A stretch of 64,000 nucleotides of DNA from a virus (lineage: Duplodnaviria; Caudoviricetes), in the IMG/VR virus record IMGVR_UViG_3300018472_000401, positions 1 through 64,000 of that record; one strand, written 5' to 3'. Numbering within the stretch: position 1 is the first letter of the stretch; every line of letters starts with the position of its first letter. Below the pieces are notes generated by a model. It saw only the letters and a program-made list of their open reading frames with translations, did no database searches and was not told the origin of the DNA. The position numbers and the translations under genes were made by a program. This document shows positions 54,809-64,000 of this stretch, piece by piece.

Positions 54809-55128
54809 TAAAACGCTTCTTTGATGCGTTGCAGATTTTGATTGAGAACAAGGTTATCCGGGGCAAACAAACTTTCGCCACACGGTACGGGATAAACCGC
54901 AGAAATATGTACTCACTGGAGAAAGAGCCGGGACGGGACATATTTCAGGTGGCGTGGCTGGAATATCTTGCCAACGACTACATGGTGTCCCCGGTGTGGC
55001 TGCTTACCGGGAAAGGCTCATTTTTCGCTGACGGCTGGGATGCCGACCGGGTCAAGTCAAAGGTGAAGAGCGAGCAGGAAAATAGCGAAAAACTGCAAGA
55101 AAACTGCAAATGCGAAAACGATATATAA
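54781..55128 (+). CDS. HTH-like regulator
   Basis: QTFATRYGINRRN; WLLTGKG. Confidence 0.6.
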   Translation: MQTGQSQVIIKRFFDALQILIENKVIRGKQTFATRYGINRRNMYSLEKEPGRDIFQVAWLEYLANDYMVSPVWLLTGKGSFFADGWDADRVKSKVKSEQENSEKLQENCKCENDI

Positions 55129-55170
55129 TAATATAATAATAATCAGTGAGTTGCGAGTTGATTTGCAACT
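55089..55170. other. Candidate attR: arm-type direct repeats and inverted core-type repeats
   Basis: AAAACTGCAA at 55089 and 55100; AGTTGCGA-GTTGAT-TTGCAACT at 55149-55170; inferred only, since attL is outside the window. Confidence 0.35.
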
Positions 55171-55200
55171 CCTTTGCAATATGACAAATGAGTGAATCTA

Positions 55201-55497
55201 ATGAGAATATTTACAGAACAAGCTATAAAGGAATATGCAGAGACGCATCCTGATGCAAAGGTAGCTTTACAAGAATGGACTACCATAGTCAAGAAAAGCG
55301 AATGGACTTGCTTTGCAGACGTAAAAAAGACCTTCAATAGTGTTGATAATGTGGGTAACCAACATTATGTATTCAATATTAAAGGAAATAATTACAGGCT
55401 GATTGTTGTGATAAGATTCACTATAAAGTTTGTTTATATTCGTTTCATTGGCACTCATACTGAATATGATAGAATAGCTGATTGTTCAGTTTTATAA
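55201..55497 (+). CDS. higB: HigB-family mRNA interferase toxin
   Basis: YVFNIKGNNYRLIV...FIGTH.EYD motif. Confidence 0.9.
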   Translation: MRIFTEQAIKEYAETHPDAKVALQEWTTIVKKSEWTCFADVKKTFNSVDNVGNQHYVFNIKGNNYRLIVVIRFTIKFVYIRFIGTHTEYDRIADCSVL

Positions 55498-55534
55498 TTA
55501 AACCGAATCGGCGGTTACCGATTACCAAAGAACT

Positions 55535-55900
55535 ATGACAAAGATAGAAACAAAAGCTCAATACGACTGGGCTGTAAAAAGGGTTGAGAAATTACTTCCG
55601 CTGGTTACAGATGAAACCCCTCTCGATGACCCAAATAGCATAGAGTTGGAATTACTTTCTAACCTTGTTGCTGACTATTCAGAAGAACATTTTGCACTGG
55701 GAGAACCAACCCTTGTTGATGTTCTCAAACTCCGTATGTATGAAATGGGGCTTAACCAAAAAGCGCTGGCTGAATTAATTGGTGTTAGCCCTTCCCGATT
55801 GAGCGATTATATATCCGGTAAATGTGAACCTACTTTGAAGGTTGCTCGTGAAATAAGCCAAAAATTAAATATTGATGCTAATATAGTGCTAGGTGTTTGA
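55535..55900 (+). CDS. higA: HigA-family HTH antitoxin
   Basis: Downstream of the toxin; C-terminal XRE HTH LNQKALAELIGVSPSRLS. Confidence 0.9.
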   Translation: MTKIETKAQYDWAVKRVEKLLPLVTDETPLDDPNSIELELLSNLVADYSEEHFALGEPTLVDVLKLRMYEMGLNQKALAELIGVSPSRLSDYISGKCEPTLKVAREISQKLNIDANIVLGV

Positions 55901-56288
55901 TTGAATATGAGAGCTGTTGAAGCAATAGTTGAGAATACGTTGATCTAGGGGCATCAGAACGAATTGTGTAAGATAGAACGGCGGCAAAAATGTTGTTACA
56001 GTTTGTTTATCAGCAAGTTAAACGAATACGGGCTTTCATGCGAACGCAAAACGAAATGTGACATTACTTTACATCGGCTTTACATCTAAACGGCCTAAAC
56101 GCGGGCTTTAAATACGTTTTTGTTACATCACCCTATAAATATCACCTAAACGGGGCTGGAATAGGCTGTAAAGGCTTATTTCGGCCTTTTTCATATCTGT
56201 TTAGGCGTTTAGAAATCTGTTTAAGTGCCCATTTAGACAGGAAAAACAAGCGGTTTCAAAATCCCTCTCTTAAATGTTAAAAAAGGGG

Positions 56289-56367
56289 TTGGGCATACCT
56301 TTGGGCATACTAGTTGGGCATACCCTTTTTTATTCATTTTATGCAAAAAATAAAAAGTTGGGCATAC
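56289..56367. repeat. Four direct copies of TTGGGCATAC
   Basis: Copies at 56289, 56301, 56314 and 56358. Confidence 0.85.
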
Positions 56368-56580
56368 CTTTTTAACAGTTTCCCGACCATGTATTAGATA
56401 AGAGATTACTTTCTGTGTATGTGATTAAGCTGTTTTAGTCGTTATTTTGGTATGGATAGTATTATATATTTTCGGATTGATTACGCTGCAAAATTAACGT
56501 AAAGTACTGATTTATAGTGTCGGTTTGGGTGATAATGCGTATTTTTACGGTGAAAACGTGTGTGTGCGTGTAGAAATGAT

Positions 56581-56660
56581 GCAGAATAGCTCAGAAGGTA
56601 GAGCAAACAGTACTGGACGCCTGCTGTTTTGTCCCTGGTTCGAGTCCGGGTTCTGCCCCA
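56581..56660 (+). tRNA. tRNA-like gene with abnormal anticodon arm (pseudo- or non-canonical tRNA)
   Basis: GCAGAA/TTCTGC-C-CCA; D arm GCTC-AGAAGGTA-GAGC; AACAG-N13-CTGTT; T arm CCTGG-TTCGAGT-CCGGG. Confidence 0.6.
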
Positions 56661-56708
56661 ATACTTTTGTGAATTTGCGTTTTTATAGGTATTTGGTTTA
56701 AGGTGAAC

Positions 56709-56739
56709 GCTCCCGGTGAAAGTCCGGGAGCTTATTTTT
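56709..56739 (+). terminator. Intrinsic terminator after the tRNA-like gene
   Basis: GCTCCCGG-TGAAAGT-CCGGGAGC-TTATTTTT. Confidence 0.7.
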
Positions 56740-56988
56740 AAGGATATGGGAAAGAATCTGATTCGTACAATACTGGATGATCATCGTGATGCGGCTTTGT
56801 ATAAGGCAGCAGCCAATCAGTTTCTGGCCATGCTTACTCTTGATAATATTTCCCCTTATTATAACACAGACGACCATCTGTTAGACAGCATTGGGCTTAA
56901 AATTTTACGCCTCAAAATGGAGAATCAAAAATTGAAAGAGGAAATTTCATTACTTAAAAAGACCAATCAGACTAATGAGGGTTCCTAA
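56716..56988 (+). CDS. Hypothetical protein (start probably ATG 56746)
   Basis: ORF with C-terminal coiled coil. Confidence 0.45.
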   Translation: MKVRELIFKDMGKNLIRTILDDHRDAALYKAAANQFLAMLTLDNISPYYNTDDHLLDSIGLKILRLKMENQKLKEEISLLKKTNQTNEGS

Positions 56989-57414
56989 ATAAGCCCAATA
57001 AGAATTATAATCCTTGGTAATTAAAAGGTATAAAACTGAGGCTATCAGTAAGATACATGATGCGGATTTGTAGAACTTTTTCTTTTTTCTATCTTCTTCA
57101 AGCCGCCTTAACACTTCTGCTTCTCTTTGTTTGCGATTTTCTTCTTCACGTTTCATTTCAGCTTCTATAACGGCTGAATATCCTCCGTTATCTACAAATA
57201 ATCTCCCTTTTGGAGTGAGCATTATAGGCATTTCAAATTGACTTCCTAATATTCTAATATAGCCGTCGTTCTGTAAGATGCCAAGCAAACTATAGACAGT
57301 ATTAAATTCAGATTCGTCATGTGTCTTAATAACTGTTGTATAGTTGTCTGATGGGAATAATTTCAGAATATCGTCCAGTTGTTTAGCCAAATTTTTATTC
57401 ATCTTAATCAGCAT
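56950..57414 (-). CDS. AT-rich hypothetical membrane protein
   Basis: C-terminal hydrophobic helices; downstream of the repressor. Confidence 0.5.
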   Translation of the reverse strand: MLIKMNKNLAKQLDDILKLFPSDNYTTVIKTHDESEFNTVYSLLGILQNDGYIRILGSQFEMPIMLTPKGRLFVDNGGYSAVIEAEMKREEENRKQREAEVLRRLEEDRKKKKFYKSASCILLIASVLYLLITKDYNSYWAYLGTLISLIGLFK

Positions 57415-57454
57415 TTAAATATTGGTTATTTCACTACATCTATAATATTACAGC

Positions 57455-58120
57455 TTACTCCAGCCGTATAACCCCGATAACCAGGGCCACATGATAAATC
57501 CTGTCCAAAGGTAATTCGAATGGCTCGTAACGTTCATTGTCCGATACGATGAGGACGTGTTCTTTGTCGGATCCGGGCTTTACCCGTTTGATAAGGGGGC
57601 CCTGATCTGTATCCAATACATATACTTTATTCCATTGGAAGAAAAGCTCATCCATCGGCAAACGCTTGCAGGCTACAATATCTCCGCTGTTATATTTAGG
57701 ATACATGCTGCTTCCTTTCACGCTGATCAGGAACTCGGCTCCCTTGAATGTGGGAACAACAAAGCGTTCGCATTCGTATTCCAGTACGGTCTGTTCACCG
57801 GTGAATGTTCCTGCCATTGCGCTGATGGGAATCAAGGGGATGCCCTCCATGGGCGAATCGGATGGATGGGCTACCGGTATGTTTTCTTCCTTTCCAGACT
57901 CCGTACGGAGCATGTTGCCTTCGCCTGTAAGGAGCCAATTTATATTTATATCGAAACTTCTTGCGATTTTCTCCAAAAAGTCAGCTTTAGGCATTACTCC
58001 GTTTTTGTAATTCCTTACATTAGCTTCGCTAACTCCTATTAATGAGGCGAATACTGTGTTTTTTCCATTTCCAAATTTTTCTACGATAGTAGAGATTCTG
58101 TCGAAAATAGTTTCGTTCAT
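57455..58120 (-). CDS. CI/LexA-like repressor (HTH + S24 peptidase)
   Basis: FASLIGVSEANV HTH; VKGSSMYP and LIKRV S24 motifs. Confidence 0.9.
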   Translation of the reverse strand: MNETIFDRISTIVEKFGNGKNTVFASLIGVSEANVRNYKNGVMPKADFLEKIARSFDININWLLTGEGNMLRTESGKEENIPVAHPSDSPMEGIPLIPISAMAGTFTGEQTVLEYECERFVVPTFKGAEFLISVKGSSMYPKYNSGDIVACKRLPMDELFFQWNKVYVLDTDQGPLIKRVKPGSDKEHVLIVSDNERYEPFELPLDRIYHVALVIGVIRLE

Positions 58121-58189
58121 ACCTATTGTTTTTAGATTAAATCGAAAAATAATTCGAGTATTTCTTGTTTAATTCGAAATATGTTTCGA
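58101..58189. promoter_or_regulatory. Three 16-bp operators of the Mu-like switch
   Basis: TCGAAAATAGTTTCGT (58101), TCGAAAAATAATTCGA (58142), TCGAAATATGTTTCGA (58174). Confidence 0.65.
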
Positions 58190-58255
58190 TATTTGCAGAG
58201 TCTTCAATACCGAAGACGCCCTAAAGGTAGAAAATAATATTTAAAAACGCAAATT

Positions 58256-58534
58256 ATGGATAAAATCAATGAAAACGTATCGGAAAACATCGCCGTTAGA
58301 GCACTTGTGGTGGAGGTGACTTATAAGGTAAGCTTAAGTAATGCAAAAATACCAAAAGAGGTATATGAAGAATTAACGAGAATGATTAAAAACACTGAGA
58401 CACTTCCTGAACCGGAAGAATTGGCATTTGATGAGGAAGAAAGTCGGAAAATGACATCTCGTTGGTTATCGGAACACATTCATGAAGATGGATCTTTCCA
58501 GAGAGAATACATGGTAGATTTCATAACTAAATAA
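58256..58534 (+). CDS. Hypothetical protein
   Basis: First ORF of the Mu-like early operon. Confidence 0.5.
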   Translation: MDKINENVSENIAVRALVVEVTYKVSLSNAKIPKEVYEELTRMIKNTETLPEPEELAFDEEESRKMTSRWLSEHIHEDGSFQREYMVDFITK

Positions 58535-58546
58535 ATCAATAACGAA

Positions 58547-58765
58547 ATGGCAGAAACAAGAAAACTCATCAAAGCAAGCCGAGAGCTGAAAGAAGAAATC
58601 GCCCGGAAACTAAATGTTACAACCCGTACAGTGGATGCCGCACTGGCATACGACACTAAAAGTCCTACAGCAAGACTTATCCGCTCGTATGCCTTGAATC
58701 ACGGAGCGGAACTCTACGAGCTGAAGAAATTGGAAAACCCGTATGAGGAAGTTATTAACCTTTAA
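58547..58765 (+). CDS. Ner/Cro-like HTH protein
   Basis: EIARKLNVTTRTVDAAL. Confidence 0.65.
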   Translation: MAETRKLIKASRELKEEIARKLNVTTRTVDAALAYDTKSPTARLIRSYALNHGAELYELKKLENPYEEVINL

Positions 58766-58775
58766 AATAATCTGT

Positions 58776-58970
58776 ATGAATTTTACAAAATACTCCTTTA
58801 AGAACATTGAATCCCAGCTTGAACATGTATGCGGACTGATAGACTTGGTAAAAGGCGACAGAGGATTTCGCGAAGCTATTCAAGATGAAGAGTTTTGCAT
58901 GCTGATAAAGATGCAGGCACAACTGTTTGAGGAAATTAAGAAAAGAGAAAGACATCAACCAACTGCATAA
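58776..58970 (+). CDS. Hypothetical protein
   Basis: ORF, start MNFTK. Confidence 0.45.
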   Translation: MNFTKYSFKNIESQLEHVCGLIDLVKGDRGFREAIQDEEFCMLIKMQAQLFEEIKKRERHQPTA

Positions 58971-59036
58971 ATGATTGCTCATTGCTATTCCGGTTCGCGA
59001 GAATAGGGATGGCACCAAACTCAAAACCATTGAATC

Positions 59037-59252
59037 ATGAAACGAATCAATACAACCACACGCTATCTGCTGCTGATACTGGCAGCAGCCATACTGAACC
59101 GGCTGACAGACGGTACAATGAACCTGATTATAACAACCTGCCTCTGCCTTGCACTCATACCTGCTGCAATACGGATGGACAAGGAGGATAAAGAATACCA
59201 GGAATGGATGGATGAAGAAATAAAGAAGCGGGAAGCACAGAAAAAGGAATAA
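59037..59252 (+). CDS. Small membrane protein
   Basis: Two hydrophobic segments. Confidence 0.5.
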   Translation: MKRINTTTRYLLLILAAAILNRLTDGTMNLIITTCLCLALIPAAIRMDKEDKEYQEWMDEEIKKREAQKKE

Positions 59253-59416
59253 ATCACACACGGCTTGCAGAACTTCACACATTCAGGATAACGACTGTAA
59301 TTTGACATATTGGGCTGTTTTCAATAGGAATTGGGAATATGGTAAAAAGAAGGAGTGAAGCGGCTGCCGTCCGGGTTCAAGTCCCGGAGCCGGACTACAA
59401 TCTTAACGAATTAATC

Positions 59417-61510
59417 ATGGAAATGTACGGAAACACATTATGCGTCAGCTTTACGGAACTTGTGGGGAGCGGACTTATCAGTAAGCCCACTTACGACAAG
59501 TATGTACGTAAAGGCAAGCTTACCCTCCTCCAGCGGGGAGGTAACGGACGCGAGGCCCTGATTGCCTACCGCTCCATGCCGGAACGGCTCCGTGCAGCAT
59601 ACGATGACACATTCAAGAATGCATACGAAGAAATGAAACAGCGTGAGCAGGAAAAGTACATCAACACACAGATTCGGTTCGATGCCGAAGCGGTACGGTT
59701 CTTCAAGGAATTTGAGCCGCGTATCGAGCCATCCAGACAGCTGGAATACATCTTGAACGCCCAGGTGATGAACGAGATGGTGCGTACGGAGAAGGCACGC
59801 AGTGTGGAACACGCCAAAGGAGGCTTTGCCCGCCGTGCGGAAACATGGAGCAGTGTGCAGATCTGCTGTGAGCGTCTTCGCGAAATTACAGGTCACACAC
59901 TGCCGAAGAATCCGGCACGATTGCGTGAGAAGTTCAATGCTTACAAGCGTGAGGGATACGTGGTGCTGGTTAGCGGTAACTTGGGCAACAGTGCCGCACG
60001 CCGCATCGGAAAGGCCGAAGGTGCTCTTCTGCTGAAGCTTCGCCGAAGCAAGTTCCCTGTCTACACCGATATGCAGCTCTTTGAGGAATACAACCGTCAG
60101 GCGGTGCTTCGCGGACTGAAAACCATCAAGAGTCCTACTACGATGCACAGTTACTTGAACGATCCGGCGGTAATGGTTTGGTGGTTTTCTGCTGTTCACG
60201 GAGAAAGGGAATTCAAGAACAAGTATATGCCAACCTTCGATACGGTAATGCCGTCCATGCCTAACTCGCTGTGGTATTCAGACGGTACGAAGATAAACCT
60301 TTACTACCGTGCGTACGATGACAGGCAGAAGCGATGGGTGGCACGAACCACGGATGTGTACGAGGTGATGGATGCCTGCACGGAACTGTTCCTCGGCTAC
60401 TTTATCGGTGACGGTGAAAATTTCTTCAACCAGTACATGGCGTACCGGATGGCACTCCAGACATGGAAGGTGAAGCCTTACGAGATAGTTACCGATAACC
60501 AGGGAGGGCATAAGAAACTGGCTTCGCAGGGATTCTTCAAGAAACTCTGCCATCTTCACAAAACCACGATGCCGCACAACGGCCAGTCCAAATCCATCGA
60601 GTCCGCTTTCGGACGATTCCAGCAGCAGGTTCTTCACAAGATGTACAACTTCACCGGTCAGAACATCACGGCCAGGAAGCTTTCAAGCCGCGCGAATATC
60701 GACCTGGTAATGGCAAACATCGACCTTCTTCCCACGCTGGAGGAACTGAAACAGCAGTATGCCGACTGCCGCGAAGAATGGAACTTGATGCAGCATCCTA
60801 CCAGCCTTACCGGCATGACCCGACTGGAAATGTACACCGCCATCGAGAATCCGAAAGCTCAACCGCTGGATGATTACGAAGCACACGAAATCTTCATGCT
60901 GTTCTCTCAGGCTCCGGTGCAATACACCAGGGAAGGTTTCAATTTCCGCATGAACAAGCAGGAATACAGCTACATGGTGTATGGCGACGACGGGCTGATA
61001 GATATGAACTTCCACCTGCAGAACGTAGGCCGTCAGTTCCTCTACCGCTACGATCCGGAAGACATGACCCGCATCGAGCTATGGGCGGTGACTGACACGG
61101 GAGCCAAGTATGCGGCCATCGCTACACCGAAAGTCACGATCCATCGTGCCACTCAGGAACGCACCGAAGAGGAAAACGCTTATCTGTTTGCCCAGCTGGA
61201 TGCCAACCGTCGCACTCGTGCAGCCATGCACATCGCCCAGGAAGACCTTTTCATGGAGGAAGCCATGGGCGAAGCATACACAAAGCTTCGTTTGCCGCGT
61301 CCGGTGGCTGTGAGCGAAAAGCAGCTTGACGGATACCGCGAAGAAATGAAGCGTGGCACACTGGAAGCTCCGGTACCGATGCCCGAAACGGATATTCCGG
61401 AAGAGCCTGTACTGGCAGATGAACCGCTGACCTTCGCATCATCAGGAGACTGGACAAAGAAAGTATCGAACCTGACGTTTGATGAACTGGACAGCTTGGG
61501 AAAATTCTAA
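59417..61510 (+). CDS. MuA-like DDE transposase (likely start MEMYG at 59417)
   Basis: WYSDGT, VMDA, VTDNQGGH and KSIESAF DDE-core motifs. Confidence 0.88.
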   Translation: MEMYGNTLCVSFTELVGSGLISKPTYDKYVRKGKLTLLQRGGNGREALIAYRSMPERLRAAYDDTFKNAYEEMKQREQEKYINTQIRFDAEAVRFFKEFEPRIEPSRQLEYILNAQVMNEMVRTEKARSVEHAKGGFARRAETWSSVQICCERLREITGHTLPKNPARLREKFNAYKREGYVVLVSGNLGNSAARRIGKAEGALLLKLRRSKFPVYTDMQLFEEYNRQAVLRGLKTIKSPTTMHSYLNDPAVMVWWFSAVHGEREFKNKYMPTFDTVMPSMPNSLWYSDGTKINLYYRAYDDRQKRWVARTTDVYEVMDACTELFLGYFIGDGENFFNQYMAYRMALQTWKVKPYEIVTDNQGGHKKLASQGFFKKLCHLHKTTMPHNGQSKSIESAFGRFQQQVLHKMYNFTGQNITARKLSSRANIDLVMANIDLLPTLEELKQQYADCREEWNLMQHPTSLTGMTRLEMYTAIENPKAQPLDDYEAHEIFMLFSQAPVQYTREGFNFRMNKQEYSYMVYGDDGLIDMNFHLQNVGRQFLYRYDPEDMTRIELWAVTDTGAKYAAIATPKVTIHRATQERTEEENAYLFAQLDANRRTRAAMHIAQEDLFMEEAMGEAYTKLRLPRPVAVSEKQLDGYREEMKRGTLEAPVPMPETDIPEEPVLADEPLTFASSGDWTKKVSNLTFDELDSLGKF

Positions 61511-61548
61511 CGATTTGATTAAACAATACTTAAATACCTATTAAAACA

Positions 61549-62442
61549 ATGAAAGGATTAACAACAGAAATGAAAGAACAGGTACGCAGCGCACTGATTG
61601 CCTACCGTTCCAATTACCCTACGTTGAACCGTGCCGCAGAAAGTTTGCAGGGTGTAAGTTCGGCCACCGTGAGCCAGCTTTGCAACGGAAAGTATGAACT
61701 GATCAGTGATGAAATGTTTATCCGTATCGCTTCGCAGATAGGCTTTGCCTTCGACTCATGGAACCTTCACGAAGGAAAGACTTTCAAGGAAATCACTTTT
61801 GCACTGAGTGACGCACAGGCATACAAGAACGTGACATGGATTGTGGGTGATGCCGGATGCGGAAAAACCACAGCAGCCATTGAATACCGCCGTACGCACC
61901 GCAACGTGTTCTACATCCTCTGTTCGGAAGATATGCGACGCTCAGACTTTGTGCGTGAGATAGCCAAACAGGTAGGCGCACCTACCGACACGACCAACCT
62001 CCGCGATATGCTGGAGAATGCCATCAGCATGATTTCTTTCCTGGGAAATCCGTTGCTGGTATTCGATGAAGGCGACAAGCTTACTGACAGCGTGTTCAAC
62101 TACTTCATCAGCATTTACAACCGTCTGGAAGGTCACTCCGGCATCATATTTCTCAGCACAGACTACATCAAACGCCGTATGGAAGCCGGACTTCGCTACA
62201 ACAAAAAAGGTTACAAGGAAATAAACAGCCGCATCGGACGTCGTTTCTTCGATGTATCTCCCACAGAACAGAATGACATCTACGCCATCTGTCAGGCTAA
62301 TAACCTGACCGACCGCGCCGATATAGAAGAGGTGCTGAAGGATGCCAGGCGAAGCGACAACGACCTTCGCCGCGTGAAACGATGCATCCACCGTCAGAAA
62401 CGTATTATCGAAGCAAGAAGGAAAGGAGGAAGCAATGAATAA
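61549..62442 (+). CDS. MuB-like AAA ATPase with N-terminal HTH
   Basis: GDAGCGKT, LLVFDEGD and DLRRV motifs. Confidence 0.88.
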   Translation: MKGLTTEMKEQVRSALIAYRSNYPTLNRAAESLQGVSSATVSQLCNGKYELISDEMFIRIASQIGFAFDSWNLHEGKTFKEITFALSDAQAYKNVTWIVGDAGCGKTTAAIEYRRTHRNVFYILCSEDMRRSDFVREIAKQVGAPTDTTNLRDMLENAISMISFLGNPLLVFDEGDKLTDSVFNYFISIYNRLEGHSGIIFLSTDYIKRRMEAGLRYNKKGYKEINSRIGRRFFDVSPTEQNDIYAICQANNLTDRADIEEVLKDARRSDNDLRRVKRCIHRQKRIIEARRKGGSNE

Positions 62443-63103
62443 AGAGGATACTACACCGCCCCCACAGAAAAAGAAGTTCACTTTCGACCGCAATGCGAAA
62501 GGGGTTCGTGAGCTTCTTTCCATGAAGTTTGACGTGATGCAGTTTGACGGTTCCTGGTATGATGCATTCGGCACTCCGGAACGCCGGGGAGTCTGGATCA
62601 TCTGGGGAAACTCCGGTAGCGGAAAGACCAGTTTTGCCCTCCAGCTCTGCAAGTATTTGTGCCGTTTTGGCCGTGTGGCATACGACAGCATGGAGGAAGG
62701 TGCCTGCCGCACCATGCAGGATGCCATCCGCCGAACCGGGATGATGGAAGTAAACAAGAAGTTCCTGCTGATCGACAACGAGAATATGGATGAACTCAGC
62801 ATACGACTCCGCCGGCAGAAAAGCCCGGACATCGTGGTTATCGATTCCTTCCAGTACACACGAATGACGTACCGTCAGTACATTGACTTTAAGGAACAAC
62901 ATAAGCGGAAGCTGCTCATCTTCATCAGCCACGCCGAAGGCCAGTTACCCAACGGACGTGCCGCCAAAGGAGTGATGTACGATGCCTCGCTGAAGATCTA
63001 CGTGGAAGGCTTCAGGGCCTTTTCAAAAGGACGCTTTATCGGTCCCGTAGGACATTACGATATCGTGCCGGAGAAAGCCCGGCAATATTACGGAGAAGAA
63101 TAA
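62435..63103 (+). CDS. Second P-loop ATPase (RecA-like)
   Basis: WGNSGSGKT and VVIDSFQY motifs. Confidence 0.8.
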   Translation: MNKEDTTPPPQKKKFTFDRNAKGVRELLSMKFDVMQFDGSWYDAFGTPERRGVWIIWGNSGSGKTSFALQLCKYLCRFGRVAYDSMEEGACRTMQDAIRRTGMMEVNKKFLLIDNENMDELSIRLRRQKSPDIVVIDSFQYTRMTYRQYIDFKEQHKRKLLIFISHAEGQLPNGRAAKGVMYDASLKIYVEGFRAFSKGRFIGPVGHYDIVPEKARQYYGEE

Positions 63104-63135
63104 TCTTTTCAATTTACAATTCATAATCAGAATAC

Positions 63136-63579
63136 ATGAGAACAATGATGAAAGACCGTCCAATCACACCGCAGCAGGTGAAGGCGCTGCACGCTCAGTT
63201 CCGGAAAATGGGATTTGATGATGATGACCGCCATGGTTTTATCAGCCAGTTCACGGAAGGAAGAACCGACAGCACCGCCGGACTGACCAAAGAAGAAGCC
63301 GGACTGTTGCTAACACGGTTCAACCGTGAGGAAGCTGACCGCATCCATCGTGAGGCACGCAAAGTAGTGAAACAGATTTTTTCCCTTTCGTTTCATATCT
63401 CCTGTCTGAACAAGAATTACACGAACGAAACGGAAGCGGATTTTGAAATGAACAAAGCGAAGATAAACCAGTTCTGCCGTACACGCAGCAAGTTCCGCAA
63501 GCCTCTTACGGAAATGTCGCTGGAGGAACTGAAGGAAGTGAAACGACAATTTGAGGCAATGGCAAGAAAGGAGGAATGA
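63136..63579 (+). CDS. GemA/DUF1018-like regulatory protein
   Basis: QVKALH...GRTDSTAGLT..EA motif; Mu-like synteny. Confidence 0.55.
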   Translation: MRTMMKDRPITPQQVKALHAQFRKMGFDDDDRHGFISQFTEGRTDSTAGLTKEEAGLLLTRFNREEADRIHREARKVVKQIFSLSFHISCLNKNYTNETEADFEMNKAKINQFCRTRSKFRKPLTEMSLEELKEVKRQFEAMARKEE

Positions 63580-63580
63580 T

Positions 63581-64000
63581 ATGAGAAAGCAATCAGAAAT
63601 AAATCGTGCAATAGCGTATCTGGAAGAACGTAATTACGATCCGATATGTCGCATACAGAGGGAAGTTTTAGAAGAAAAACGCAGCGAATCATGGGTATTC
63701 AATCGGTATGTGCGCGACGTTCCGGAAGACGAGCGCAACGAAACTCTTTTCTATGCCGCACGCGATGCAGCCCAGTTCCTTGCCGGAAAGATTGGTATCA
63801 GTTCCATCTGTCCGGATCTGGAAGACGAACCGGAAGAAGAGGAAGAGCAGGAAGAAACAATTACTCTGAGCCTTTCGGAGTACAAAAAGCTGCTTCTTCG
63901 CCTGGATAGAGTGGAACGCAGGTTAGGACTGAGAGTGGGCGATGTGGCTCCTGCACCGCGTAAAGACATATCGGAAGCCCCCGATGAACTGATAGGTCAG
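63581..64000 (+). CDS. Hypothetical protein, truncated by the window end
   Basis: Frame open from ATG 63581 (MRKQSEINRA...) to position 64000. Confidence 0.6.
   Translation, partial: MRKQSEINRAIAYLEERNYDPICRIQREVLEEKRSESWVFNRYVRDVPEDERNETLFYAARDAAQFLAGKIGISSICPDLEDEPEEEEEQEETITLSLSEYKKLLLRLDRVERRLGLRVGDVAPAPRKDISEAPDELIGQ

Larger units (their letters stand above)
1..55170. mobile_element. Temperate integrase-type siphoprophage (Bacteroidales), apparently complete; attL lies upstream of the window
   Basis: Colinear integrase, lysis, tail, head, packaging, replication/recombination and repressor modules; right boundary inferred from the end of the repressor-side + strand genes and a candidate att site at ~55089-55170. 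Confidence 0.92.
55990..64000. mobile_element. Mu-like transposable prophage, left end and early region (truncated by the window)
   Basis: S24 repressor divergent from Ner-like, MuA-like DDE transposase, MuB-like AAA ATPase and GemA-like genes; left boundary approximate. Confidence 0.85.

Noticed and set aside
61942-62932. Long minus-strand ORFs opposite the Mu-like ATPases
   Set aside because: Antisense shadows

Overview
Bacteroidales (Bacteroides/Parabacteroides-type) DNA, judged from TAnnTTTG promoters and gene families. It is made almost entirely of two adjacent prophages. (1) Positions 1 to ~55,170 are an apparently complete temperate siphophage: tyrosine integrase, lysis cassette, a diversity-generating retroelement (RT + TR), tail, head and packaging genes, a putative DNA base-hypermodification cluster, C5 methylase, replication/recombination genes and a repressor switch. 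(2) After a higBA toxin-antitoxin pair, the left end and early region of a Mu-like transposable prophage runs off the window end. Strongest unexplained signals: a structured ~76-nt sRNA beside the integrase whose 5' seed is complementary to a motif at the start codons of five dispersed phage genes; a second DGR variable repeat 43.6 kb from the TR, in a small non-structural early gene; kinase + amino-acid:DNA-transferase + radical-SAM genes with no hmU-synthesis gene; and three anticodon-defective tRNA-like elements. All family assignments come from motifs read by eye; no database search was run.
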